The notes: generated from the sequence alone by a model not told the origin. A stretch of 52,463 nt of DNA from Candidatus Lloydbacteria bacterium (GCA_043719805.1 JAYSTI010000055.1:68760-121222), one strand, 5' to 3'; counted from the first letter of the stretch, positions 16,577-25,567 are shown. Translations and numbers: made by a program.

Positions 16577-17239
16577 TTAGGCGCGCTTGATGACGCCCAC
16601 CACCTTGCCGTTAATCGCGAAATCATCCCCCGGCATGATAAGTATTGGCTTGAATGTTTCGGTAGATTCGGAAGAGAGTATGATTTGATTATTTTTTTTA
16701 TCAAATTTATATTTCTTGAGATTTGCGGCGCCACCGATGATAGAGAGCACGTAGTCGCCGTCTTTGATGCTGCGGTCTTCGGAGTCGATGAGGACGTAGT
16801 CGCCGTTTTCAATATTCTTTCCTTTGATATTTGCACGGTTGAGCGAATGCCCTGACGCACGCAGGGCAAATATGCCACTCGTGCGCGGAAGTATTGTCCT
16901 CTGCACAGTGAGATAGCCCTCGATGTTTTCTTCGGCAAGAAGTTCCGCAGGACCACAGTTGGCGGAGCCGACGAGCGGAACAGAAATGAATTCGAATCCT
17001 GAAAGTGTGCCGGAGAGCGACATGCTGAAGTCGAATGCCTGGAGCGAAATGCCGCGGGGTTGATTGGCCTCCTTTTTGAGATAGCCACCTTCTTCCAGCT
17101 TTTTTAAATAGTGATGTGCAGTAGAAACTGAAGCGAGCTTGAAGTGCTTGCAAATCTCCTCGTGCGACGGGGCGTAGCCATGCTTGCCCGTGTAGGTAGT
17201 GACGAAGTCGAGCACTTCTTTTTGTTTTTTGGTTATCAT
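16577..17239 (-). CDS. lexA: LexA repressor (S24 peptidase)
   Basis: The N-terminal wHTH reads QKEVLDFV...GYAPSHEEICKHF. The C-terminal S24 domain has LRASGHSL (Ser) and NLKKY (Lys). Confidence 0.9.
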   Translation of the reverse strand: MITKKQKEVLDFVTTYTGKHGYAPSHEEICKHFKLASVSTAHHYLKKLEEGGYLKKEANQPRGISLQAFDFSMSLSGTLSGFEFISVPLVGSANCGPAELLAEENIEGYLTVQRTILPRTSGIFALRASGHSLNRANIKGKNIENGDYVLIDSEDRSIKDGDYVLSIIGGAANLKKYKFDKKNNQIILSSESTETFKPILIMPGDDFAINGKVVGVIKRA

Positions 17240-17262
17240 AATTCTATTTATTTGCTATTTAT

Positions 17263-17290
17263 GTTTCTATTATAGAAAATGAATAGAAAC
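17263..17290. promoter_or_regulatory. Candidate LexA operator / promoter palindromes upstream of lexA
   Basis: GTTTCTATT-N10-AATAGAAAC contains the 15-bp palindrome TTTCTATtATAGAAA. It lies 24-51 nt upstream of the lexA ATG (17239). Confidence 0.35.
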
Positions 17291-17344
17291 TGTGCAACGA
17301 GGTTATCCACAACCCTTCCCTGCTCCGGATGATGGGGCGGGCAA

Positions 17345-17370
17345 TAAAAAACCTCCCGCAAGTGGGGAAG
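17345..17370 (-). terminator. Putative intrinsic terminator after the 192-aa membrane protein gene
   Basis: On the minus strand, cttccc cacttgc gggagg is followed by TTTTTT. Confidence 0.5.
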
Positions 17371-17392
17371 TTGGCGAGAGAGGCAGCTGAGC

Positions 17393-17971
17393 CTATTTTT
17401 TCTTTTGATGGGTACGCTCGAGCTTGAAATGCTTGTCGATATCGGCAATGAGCCACTCGGGCGGGATGCGCTCGGCAAACCATGGGCTCTTGGCGGGACT
17501 CTCAAGTTGCACCACGACCAGCCAGTAGATCGAGATGGCGAAAGTGATGCAGAACGTCGAGGCGGCACCGCTCCAAAAACCCTTGTACTCGAGCAACATC
17601 ACCATGCCGATGATCGGCGCGGAAAGAGACGCAAGCAAGAGGTGCAGAACGATGGGAATGCGCTCGTCGCGATAGAGCAAAAATTTATGCTCGTCTTGCT
17701 CAAGTACCGCGATGACGACCTTCTGATACTTCTCCCATATAGAGTTCAGGACCAAGGCCGCAATGATGCTGAAGGTGATGGCAAGCGTCGCCACGACCGC
17801 GGTGGTAAGCACGGCTTCGTCTGCCTTCGGAAAGTGAATCCCTGCTTTTGACAGGTGATACCAGGCCACAACCGCGAGCATTGCGGCGAAGAACGGCTGG
17901 CACAACAGCATGGTGTGCCGCCTGAAGGAGCGCCACCTTCGCGCTCTGTCGTCTCGTTTGGAGAGTTTCAC
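17393..17971 (-). CDS. Hypothetical membrane protein
   Basis: 192 aa with a GTG start, about 4 TM helices and a basic N-terminus. No motif recognised. Confidence 0.55.
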   Translation of the reverse strand: MKLSKRDDRARRWRSFRRHTMLLCQPFFAAMLAVVAWYHLSKAGIHFPKADEAVLTTAVVATLAITFSIIAALVLNSIWEKYQKVVIAVLEQDEHKFLLYRDERIPIVLHLLLASLSAPIIGMVMLLEYKGFWSGAASTFCITFAISIYWLVVVQLESPAKSPWFAERIPPEWLIADIDKHFKLERTHQKKK

Positions 17972-18059
17972 GGGTTACCGCCTTCTTGAAAGTTACAGGG
18001 TTGAAGTTCTTGGTACACAATGGCACACAAAAGATATTTTGTCTACTGCGCGCAAGAAT

Positions 18060-18305
18060 CTACAAAAACATTTTCCCGAGACTCACAACGGCGATTATGA
18101 CCCACACCACGTTGACCCAAAGTGACGCCCACGCATGTTTCTTGGTCGTGTAGTAGATAAATGCAGCACCACCAAAAAGATTCGCCAGTTGGTACCAGAT
18201 ATTATCGGACAAAACGTAGCCGAATGAGGTCGAAAAATACGCTCCGAGTATCATTGCCATCCCAAAAAATCCAACCATCTCAAGCGCGAGATTTTTTCGT
18301 TTCAT
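18060..18305 (-). CDS. Small membrane protein (81 aa, 3 TM)
   Basis: ATG ORF that is strongly hydrophobic. Confidence 0.5.
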   Translation of the reverse strand: MKRKNLALEMVGFFGMAMILGAYFSTSFGYVLSDNIWYQLANLFGGAAFIYYTTKKHAWASLWVNVVWVIIAVVSLGKMFL

Positions 18306-18367
18306 GTCTTCATATTATCACGACAAAGAAAGTTTGCTGTACACTGTTGGCACAAACGGTTACTTGT

Positions 18368-21300
18368 TTAAATCACGGGTGGTGCAACGAGAAATGCATC
18401 CATCAAAACATTCACCGATACTGAATCCCCTTCCGGCGTACCACTCGGAATCGTCGGACCGTCAGGGTCCCCCCAATAATTATTCGAGGCGTCGACAACG
18501 GCATCGATGTCCGTATTGCTTATGCCCGTTCCGTTGCCGTCGATTACCGAGTCGTGAATATTTGCCGTACCATCAATAAGATAGATGCCAATAGCATTGT
18601 CTGAAAGTGTCGTCGACGAAACAGAGAGATTTCCACCACCGGCAACGAATATCCCTGCGAAAGAGTAATCGCTCACTGTGGATGAGGCGAGTACGAGTGT
18701 CCCTTTTCCACTTACTGTAACGCCTGTTCCGTTTCCACCTGAGAGCACCATATCTGTGATAGATGTATTTCCGCCGCTGACAAATATGTCGACTGAGCCC
18801 GCTGCACTCCCCGCGTCGACGCCAAGAACGGTGCTCGTCGAATTGTTCAACCGCAGAATAGAACCCCCGACTCCGTCGACGCGGATATCATCTGCCACTA
18901 AGGTTGAAGTATGAATATCGATGGCATCGTCGCTTCTGCCGACGTTTATTATTGTCGAGGAGGAGATGCGGAGTGTACTTGCCTGATATATCTGTATCGC
19001 GTCATTGCCTGAAATATTCCTGAGCAACACGTCGCTCGCGTTAATCGTACTTTTGAAAAGTTCAATGCCGTCATTTGAGTCTATAATCGAAACACTCGTC
19101 ATCGTCGCGGTCGTTCGATCAAAATATGGTCCGGTTTTTAGATTATAGAAAAATACGTGCGCGAGCAGCGACCCTGCCGACGTATTATAAAAATCAAGTC
19201 CGCCTGCCCGCACGGTTGTATCTACCACACTCGGATCCCCATCGCCAAGCAAGTCTCCCGCGAAACGGTCATCCCACGTAGTCGTAAATATCACTGGTTT
19301 CTCTGCGGTCCCGTTTGCGAGAAGTACACCGCGTAAATTCAGGAGTGAGTTCCCAGATGTTTGTGACTTAATCACTACTCCGGGGTCAAGCGTGAGCGTG
19401 TTTCCTGCTGTGAGTGTGACCTTTCGTCCGTTTATGATGTAACCTCCGTCTTCCGCGCTGAGTACGAGATTTGCAGCAATGGTGTTGCCCAATGATAGTA
19501 AGTAATTACTTCCGTTACGTGCACCGGGTGTTCCGCCTATTATGTCGCCAAGAGAATCCGCGCCCCGGTCAAAACCCACGGAATCCGTACTCCAATTTCC
19601 TACGTAATCTCCTGTCGGCCTATCGCTGCGCCAACGCTCCATTGAGGTGCCGATACCGCCCATTCCACACCAATTCAAACAATATGCCAGGTTGTCGATG
19701 GTGATTTCTGTGCTCACTCCGTCGGACGACGTCGTCGCATAAAGCAGTTTTAATTCTTCCCCTGCGTCATCGAGGCCCTCACCAAACGCAAGCTCGAGGA
19801 TGTGAGTGGGGCCTGATACCGCGTGCGTACCATCTGCATGTGCGCGCGAAAGAACGAGATAGCCGCGCGGGGGAAGTACTCCATGCAACGGGAGACTGAT
19901 GCCATCGTCGGAAGATTTGAGCGTCACCCCAGAGAGATAGAGTTCTTCTCGTGTTGTATTAAAGAGCTCGATCCATTCATCGTTCACATCCGCAGAAGTG
20001 CCGCCCCATGCGACTTCATTTAATATAAGTTCGCCGGAAAGTGGCGTGCGCGGCGATGTCGATGCGATTGGTGAAATAATTTCCGGGGCGGGCAGTGTCA
20101 CCACCACATCAATTGTCGTCGCGTCGGAGCTATTTCCCGCCGCGTCTTCTGCGGTGAGAGTCAGCGTCGTTGTCCCGCCATTGCCCAACCCGTCGGAACC
20201 AGTGTCCGAAAGCACGATGTCGTACTCCCACCTTCCATCCTCGGTAGTAGCAAACAGAAGCGCGTAAATAATTACTCCTTCATTCCACGAAAGCATGACG
20301 GTACTCGATGCCTCAGCCGTGCCCGAGAGGTGCACATTCGTCGTCGCCGTATGGTACGGCGAACTCGATGGGTCCAATATTGTTGGTGCTGATGGAGGAG
20401 TGACATCGGGAGTGGTTGTAGCGACCTCATTTGTTGTTGAGCTTGTCTCTTCGACTATCGGGGGAGGAGGTGGCGGGATGGTAGGAATGGGGGCAGAGCC
20501 CTGAGCAACGCCGAGAATAATTCTTCCACCATACGCAGGTGCTGGTGGCGAAGATACAATCCCTCCGCTGACAACTATCGCTGTCGTACTCGCGCCAAGT
20601 ACTTCGCCGACAATCGGGGTATTCACGGCGAGTTTCGCTGGCGTTGCCGCGGCAACCGACTGAAGCGTCTGTCGCGCCATTTGAAGAATCTCAAGGAGTG
20701 ACCTTATGCGCGCGACTTCTTCGGACACTTTTGCCGCCCCTGTTTCTGCGAGCGAGACACCCTTCGCAACGGTTGCGACCGCAAAATCTTGTGTTGCAAC
20801 GACGGCAATTCTCGTTGTGATTGTGCCACTTCTATTTATCATCCGCTCCCCATAATATATATCTCCGGCCATGATCTGAGAAAGTCTCAAGTAACTACTT
20901 CCGGCTGAAGCAATTGCACTTCCAGTGTTTGAGAGAAACGCTGCGGGGCGGGACACAAAGAGGTCACCCATGCCAAATGCGAGCTGCCCAAAAAACCCCG
21001 CTCGAGAAAGTCTATTATTAAGTGCGGCTTGCTCCACAACTGCCCGCACTTGTTCTGCTTTTTGTTTCGCAATAAATTCCGCGCGCGCAAATTTCGCCTC
21101 CGTCATAAACAAATCAATCACCCGCGCACCAACGGGGATGACCTGTGGGGTAATGCGGTCAAAGTATTCGGAGATGACGGAGTAGTCCTCATCGTAAGCC
21201 AAAGTAGTGTAATATCCCCCTTCTGTTTTCTCGACTAGTCTATAAAGCCTGACGTTCTCCTTGCTGATTTCATCCTGGCCATATGCATACTGTTCATCTT

Positions 21301-21988
21301 TTGTTGATACCCTGGGTCTAGCATACCCACTTGACCCAATCGTATCCTCACTAAAAAAGTTCCCATTGGAATACGAGGCCATAAACTGAAAACACTCTTT
21401 TATTCCGGCACAGTTATTCATTTCTGCGCCGCTACTCGCAAGCTTCTTTCCTTCTCCAAGAAGTGTCGTACGGTTTTTGTGTTCGTTAGTCCAATACTCA
21501 AACGGGCTCCGTCCCGTATTGAGGCCTCCTGCACCATCGCCCATGTGTGGGTCATTGCGTGTATGGTCGGGCACCGATGCGTCCTCAATCAGGTGTATGA
21601 CATGCCCCAACGTTACCATAGCAGTATGCTCATCCCCTTTCGCATACGCCTCTATACCCCTTCCCCACGTGAATTCATTCCCCGAAAGGTTGTTGGTCAC
21701 CCAGTCGATTGACGGACGATAATCATTCAACCCAACGCCATGCACAGGGTCATAAAAATGTGTAAGACTGCGGGTTGATGGGGTGTCCTCATCTATCGAC
21801 CCTTGCACCAAAAGTGTCGTATCAGTATCACTCAGTACGTCCCCCTGTCCCATTTCATAGAAACTCACTATCTCCTGAGAGAGTCCCGCGTGAGTGGTGG
21901 CTGGCGCGTACGCAAAAGAACCTTGTGCAAAAAGGCACAAGGTCATCGCAATAACGATGCCTCGAATTGTATATCGGATAATTTTCAT
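18368..21988 (-). CDS. Large secreted multidomain protein: Zn-phospholipase-C-like N-domain, Pro-rich linker, Ig-like region, lamin-tail domain, right-handed beta-helix
   Basis: Signal peptide MKIIRYTIRGIVIAMTLCLFAQGSFA. THFYDP and GHVIHLIEDASVPDHT resemble the alpha-toxin zinc-site motifs. PTIPPPPPPIVEE is the linker. ELILNEVAWGG...DEWIELFN is LTD-like. The C-terminus has repetitive beta-helix segments ending in NNYWGDPDGP. Confidence 0.85.
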   Translation of the reverse strand: MKIIRYTIRGIVIAMTLCLFAQGSFAYAPATTHAGLSQEIVSFYEMGQGDVLSDTDTTLLVQGSIDEDTPSTRSLTHFYDPVHGVGLNDYRPSIDWVTNNLSGNEFTWGRGIEAYAKGDEHTAMVTLGHVIHLIEDASVPDHTRNDPHMGDGAGGLNTGRSPFEYWTNEHKNRTTLLGEGKKLASSGAEMNNCAGIKECFQFMASYSNGNFFSEDTIGSSGYARPRVSTKDEQYAYGQDEISKENVRLYRLVEKTEGGYYTTLAYDEDYSVISEYFDRITPQVIPVGARVIDLFMTEAKFARAEFIAKQKAEQVRAVVEQAALNNRLSRAGFFGQLAFGMGDLFVSRPAAFLSNTGSAIASAGSSYLRLSQIMAGDIYYGERMINRSGTITTRIAVVATQDFAVATVAKGVSLAETGAAKVSEEVARIRSLLEILQMARQTLQSVAAATPAKLAVNTPIVGEVLGASTTAIVVSGGIVSSPPAPAYGGRIILGVAQGSAPIPTIPPPPPPIVEETSSTTNEVATTTPDVTPPSAPTILDPSSSPYHTATTNVHLSGTAEASSTVMLSWNEGVIIYALLFATTEDGRWEYDIVLSDTGSDGLGNGGTTTLTLTAEDAAGNSSDATTIDVVVTLPAPEIISPIASTSPRTPLSGELILNEVAWGGTSADVNDEWIELFNTTREELYLSGVTLKSSDDGISLPLHGVLPPRGYLVLSRAHADGTHAVSGPTHILELAFGEGLDDAGEELKLLYATTSSDGVSTEITIDNLAYCLNWCGMGGIGTSMERWRSDRPTGDYVGNWSTDSVGFDRGADSLGDIIGGTPGARNGSNYLLSLGNTIAANLVLSAEDGGYIINGRKVTLTAGNTLTLDPGVVIKSQTSGNSLLNLRGVLLANGTAEKPVIFTTTWDDRFAGDLLGDGDPSVVDTTVRAGGLDFYNTSAGSLLAHVFFYNLKTGPYFDRTTATMTSVSIIDSNDGIELFKSTINASDVLLRNISGNDAIQIYQASTLRISSSTIINVGRSDDAIDIHTSTLVADDIRVDGVGGSILRLNNSTSTVLGVDAGSAAGSVDIFVSGGNTSITDMVLSGGNGTGVTVSGKGTLVLASSTVSDYSFAGIFVAGGGNLSVSSTTLSDNAIGIYLIDGTANIHDSVIDGNGTGISNTDIDAVVDASNNYWGDPDGPTIPSGTPEGDSVSVNVLMDAFLVAPPVI

Positions 21989-21991
21989 TGA

Positions 21992-22579
21992 TCAAAACTC
22001 TGCTTTCCAAATATTCTTATATTTGTTCAGTTCAAAACTGTGAGACTTGGTACTCTTGCTCCCTTTTTCAAACAAGAAAGGTTTGTCAGCACCAGGCAAT
22101 TGAATATATTCGTCTTGCTCTCGTAGGTACTCATATGAAAGTGAGCAACCATCCCCATCCTCATTACATTTCTTTTTCCCACCCAAAATATCCTTGAAAA
22201 ATGAAATTGCGATATTGAGATTCCCCTTCTCCGCCTCTTGCTTCTTGAAACTCGCGAGTGCCTTCTCCTGATCGAGGACGTAATAATATTTTGACGCAAG
22301 TACGAGGTCGTTCTTTTCGAGCGCCGCGAGAATGAGCTCGGCCGTTCCTTCCGGCGTTGTGGAGCCATAGGTATCCGCCATCTCCATCGCTTTCAGTTGA
22401 TCTCTTTCTGCCTGAAGCATGGCACTGTATGCGCGCGAGTCGCGGTCCACCTTCCAGCGCAAAATGTCGTCGGTGTGATTTCCGAACCAAACAAATGCGT
22501 AAAGAAAAAGCACCACCCCAGCAACGGAATAGACACCTCGTTTCAGCCACTTTTTCCCGACAGAATTCTCTGTTGTCAT
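21992..22579 (-). CDS. Hypothetical N-terminally anchored protein (196 aa)
   Basis: I prefer the ATG at 22579 (MTTENSVGKKWLKRGVYSVAGVVLFLYAFVWF). The stop lies 3 nt before the start of the 1206-aa gene, so an operon is likely. The longer track ORF would overlap the NiCoT gene. Confidence 0.6.
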   Translation of the reverse strand: MTTENSVGKKWLKRGVYSVAGVVLFLYAFVWFGNHTDDILRWKVDRDSRAYSAMLQAERDQLKAMEMADTYGSTTPEGTAELILAALEKNDLVLASKYYYVLDQEKALASFKKQEAEKGNLNIAISFFKDILGGKKKCNEDGDGCSLSYEYLREQDEYIQLPGADKPFLFEKGSKSTKSHSFELNKYKNIWKAEF

Positions 22580-22770
22580 AGTGAACCCACAGTATCCAAA
22601 CCTACACATATATGCAAGGAAGGGGCCTTGTTGGTCCCCAATTGCAGAACCTACATCTTGAGACAGCACACTGCACCTACTCCCAGCCTTTCTTGGGGCA
22701 GAGTGATACAATAATCCCCACATGAGCTCGACTGACATACCACTCTTCCGACGCATACGCATCAAAATAC

Positions 22771-23781
22771 TTGGAGAGAATGCGCAGCCTTCGGTGCGGC
22801 GGGGGGGCAACACTCCTTGCAGCACTTATCGTTCTAAACATCCTCGTTGGCGTTGCAACCATTATGCTCGGCAGACACTACCCCATCCTAACCGGGCTCG
22901 CTCTGCTTTCGTGGGGATTCGGACTGCGTCACGCGATGGATGCGGACCACATTGCCGCTATAGACAACGTCACGCGCCGTCTCTTATACCGCGGCAAACC
23001 CTCCGTCGGCGTCGGACCGTATTTTTCACTCGGTCACTCGACGATTGTTCTCCTCCTCACCATCCTCATCGTTTTCTTCACCCCATTCATGAATGCGCAC
23101 GTTGATTCGTGGAAGGAAATCGGCGCCATTGTCGGAGCCACTATCTCATCGGTCTTTCTTCTCCTCATCGGCATCATTAACGTCGGCGTACTCTATAAAC
23201 TTATCGGGGTGTGGCGCGACCTGAAGGCGGGAAAAGAAAACCCGTATCACGGACACATGCATCTCGGCGGGCCGATAGAAAAATTATTTCGCCCGCTCAT
23301 CAAATTGGTCGACACAAGTTACAAGATGTACTTCATCGGATTTCTCTTCGGACTCGGCTTCGACACTGCGGCGGAAGTCGGACTCCTTGCCATTTCCGCA
23401 CTCGCGGTCGCCACCGTTCCCCCGTGGGCGATCATCCTCCTTCCGCTTGCATTCATGGCGGGAATGACGCTTCTCGATACGATAAACGGCCTGTGCATGC
23501 TCGGCATCTATTCGTTCGGGGTCTTCGATCATAAGCGCCGCATTTTTTACAACATCAACATGACACTACTTTCGCTCGCGTCTGCACTCCTCATCGGGGG
23601 TACCATCGGACTACGGCTCATCGCGGAACACCTTGGTCTCTCGGGAGGAATATTTTCCGTCGTGCAACATCTCTCACTCGACAATCTCGGCTACATCCTC
23701 GTAGCACTATTTGTCACGAGTTGGCTCGTAGCCTTTTTCGGACTGCGCACAAAGCAACCTAGCGAGCCAGTACCTCTCTAA
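22771..23781 (+). CDS. NiCoT (HoxN/HupN/NixA family) nickel/cobalt transporter
   Basis: The signature RHAMDADHIAAIDN (HxxDADHI) and LGFDTAAEV are present. It has about 8 TM helices. The track start is TTG at 22771; an ATG at 22780 is an alternative. Confidence 0.9.
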   Translation: MERMRSLRCGGGATLLAALIVLNILVGVATIMLGRHYPILTGLALLSWGFGLRHAMDADHIAAIDNVTRRLLYRGKPSVGVGPYFSLGHSTIVLLLTILIVFFTPFMNAHVDSWKEIGAIVGATISSVFLLLIGIINVGVLYKLIGVWRDLKAGKENPYHGHMHLGGPIEKLFRPLIKLVDTSYKMYFIGFLFGLGFDTAAEVGLLAISALAVATVPPWAIILLPLAFMAGMTLLDTINGLCMLGIYSFGVFDHKRRIFYNINMTLLSLASALLIGGTIGLRLIAEHLGLSGGIFSVVQHLSLDNLGYILVALFVTSWLVAFFGLRTKQPSEPVPL

Positions 23782-24211
23782 TAGAGGAGACTATTTTCGT
23801 GAATGCTTCTTCTTCCGCCATTCCCGGAGGAATGCCGATGATGATGACTCCCTTCAACTTCCCCAGCTTCGCAAGATAGCGGAGATTGAAAAGCGCATCG
23901 AAGTCGTGCATCGACACGGTGGGTGACACGGCAAATTCGTCGAGGGAGTGGAAGGCGTGAATATCAGAAAGCCCGACAACGGTATCGACGAGCACGAATG
24001 GGTCGAGAATATTCCACTCTTCGTTCGGGTCCAAAGCAGTGAAGCGAACATCAGGAAACTCAAGGGATAGTCGCGGGAGGAGTCGCAGCGGCATGGCGTC
24101 CATCGCAATGTCGGGATTTCCAAAAACGTGAATAGTTTCCCGTGTCACGATGTTAAATAGTGAGATTTGCGAATGTAATATGTCGAAGCGTGTACTTTCG
24201 GAGAGCGACAA
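23759..24211 (-). CDS. Hydrogenase maturation endopeptidase (HycI/HybD family)
   Basis: VFGNPDIAMDAMP matches GNxxxxD(E/D), LVDTVVG supplies the Asp, and SMHDF...VIIIGIPPG supplies the His. The TTG start at 24211 overlaps the upstream gene by 59 nt. An in-frame GTG at 24148, 4 nt after that gene's stop, is a plausible alternative. The 3' end overlaps the convergent NiCoT gene by 23 nt. Confidence 0.7.
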   Translation of the reverse strand: MSLSESTRFDILHSQISLFNIVTRETIHVFGNPDIAMDAMPLRLLPRLSLEFPDVRFTALDPNEEWNILDPFVLVDTVVGLSDIHAFHSLDEFAVSPTVSMHDFDALFNLRYLAKLGKLKGVIIIGIPPGMAEEEAFTKIVSSIREVLAR

Positions 24212-24893
24212 CCTGCTTCTGGGTCAGCTTTTCACAGATGATTCCCCAATGTATCGAGACAAGGTCACCCTTCTTGATCTGCTCAATATCATATTCCGCC
24301 TCAAGTTCCCTTGTGAGTTTTCGTTCAACCGGCTCTCCGAGAGTGAGCTTTTCGTTGACAAGAACTAGTCGAGACGTGCGCACCGTTACCACGGGACCAA
24401 GCGCACTCACCACTTCCCCCCAACTCACACGACACTCATCAAATTCACTGAAAAGTTTTGTGCGATCAACTTGTCCGGTTCGCTTCCACACATCGAGTAC
24501 GTGAAATGAGTGGTGCGGAACAGCACCAAGACCAATGAGAGACTCGACGAAACTAAATGTTTTCCCAAATTTTTTCTTAAGTGACAACCCATCGATGAGA
24601 TGCCAGTAAAAATCATTTTTTGAAACTCTGTCGAGAAGTTCGTTCCCCACCCAATATGCTTCGACGACGCGGTCATCGAGTGGGTCGATAATCTTATTCG
24701 CACGCGCGATGTGAGAAAGATATGGATACATCGCCTCAAATGCCTGCAATATCTCGCGAAGTCCCAGATCATCGCCCTCTTCTTTAATCCGATCTTTAAG
24801 TTCAAGTACGCGATCAGGCCCACAGTAGTGCAGACGATTAGGACCAAATGCATATCGAGAGCAGCGCAACATGCCTTGTGCAGGAATATCCAT
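24153..24893 (-). CDS. Conserved-looking hypothetical protein with a HypC/HupF-like C-terminal module
   Basis: ATG at 24893 (MDIPAQGMLRCSRYAFGPNRLHYCGPD). The C-terminal CRVSWGEVV...KKGDLVSIHWGIICEKLTQKQVVAL resembles the HypC pattern C-x4-G-x-V ... GD-x-V-x-x-H-x-G-[FI]-[AI]. It sits in an apparent operon with the maturation protease. Confidence 0.55.
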   Translation of the reverse strand: MDIPAQGMLRCSRYAFGPNRLHYCGPDRVLELKDRIKEEGDDLGLREILQAFEAMYPYLSHIARANKIIDPLDDRVVEAYWVGNELLDRVSKNDFYWHLIDGLSLKKKFGKTFSFVESLIGLGAVPHHSFHVLDVWKRTGQVDRTKLFSEFDECRVSWGEVVSALGPVVTVRTSRLVLVNEKLTLGEPVERKLTRELEAEYDIEQIKKGDLVSIHWGIICEKLTQKQVVALRKYTLRHITFANLTI

Positions 24894-24970
24894 GGTGAGC
24901 AAATAATAGCACGGTGAGCGCAATCAACGCGAGGTAACAAAAAACCCGAAATAATCGGGCTGTGATTCAC

Positions 24971-25567
24971 TTAATTCTTGACTGCAGCAAAGACAACGTT
25001 CGTCCTGAATCCCAAAACGCCGGCGCCAAACACTTCGAGCATGCGTTGGATTTTGTCACGGGAATCCGTGTATCCAGTGAGTGCTGCAACCGCAGTGTGT
25101 GAACCGGTCGTCCAAATACTGCCTGCCGCGACAATCGTAACCCCAGCCTGCACCTTGGGGTATTGCTCCCCAAGTGCAAGGAGCTCAGAAACTGTCGCAG
25201 GGCGATATCCCTTTTCCTTTAGATGAGCAATCGCCTCTTTGACGGTCGCGTTCTTACCTTCTGACGCAAGGGGGACGAGTTCCACCAGAACTGAGCTGAT
25301 GGGTTTGCTCTCGACTGAAAAATTCTGCGTTGTGACGGCAGGATTGACGAAATCGTACCGCCCCGCCGCAACCAACGCAGACAGCGACTGCGCGCGCTGT
25401 GTGACGAGATACTCACGATCAACACGGGCTTCTTCTTTTGAAGAAAATACCAACACCAATGCGACAAGGAGTGTCCCAGCGAGAATCGCCAATGCTCCCA
25501 TCATTGAAAGCCATCGGCTCGACAGACGACGACTCTCTGCATTCGAACGAGCGGACTGAACAGTCAT
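24971..25567 (-). CDS. Hypothetical N-terminally anchored protein (198 aa)
   Basis: ATG at 25567 (MTVQSARS...). One TM helix (MMGALAILAGTLLVALVLVF). No motif recognised. Confidence 0.5.
   Translation of the reverse strand: MTVQSARSNAESRRLSSRWLSMMGALAILAGTLLVALVLVFSSKEEARVDREYLVTQRAQSLSALVAAGRYDFVNPAVTTQNFSVESKPISSVLVELVPLASEGKNATVKEAIAHLKEKGYRPATVSELLALGEQYPKVQAGVTIVAAGSIWTTGSHTAVAALTGYTDSRDKIQRMLEVFGAGVLGFRTNVVFAAVKN

Noticed and set aside
16516-17153. 190-aa and 114-aa minus-strand ORFs overlapping lexA.
   Set aside because: They are out of frame with a clearly recognisable LexA, and their Ser/Arg-rich translations have no motifs.
22580-22770. A possible NiCo/other riboswitch or NikR operator in the 190-bp leader upstream of the NiCoT gene.
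   Set aside because: Only short 4-bp GC stems (GGGG...CCCC) were found. I could not recognise a conserved riboswitch core or a clear palindromic operator by eye. An Rfam scan would be needed.
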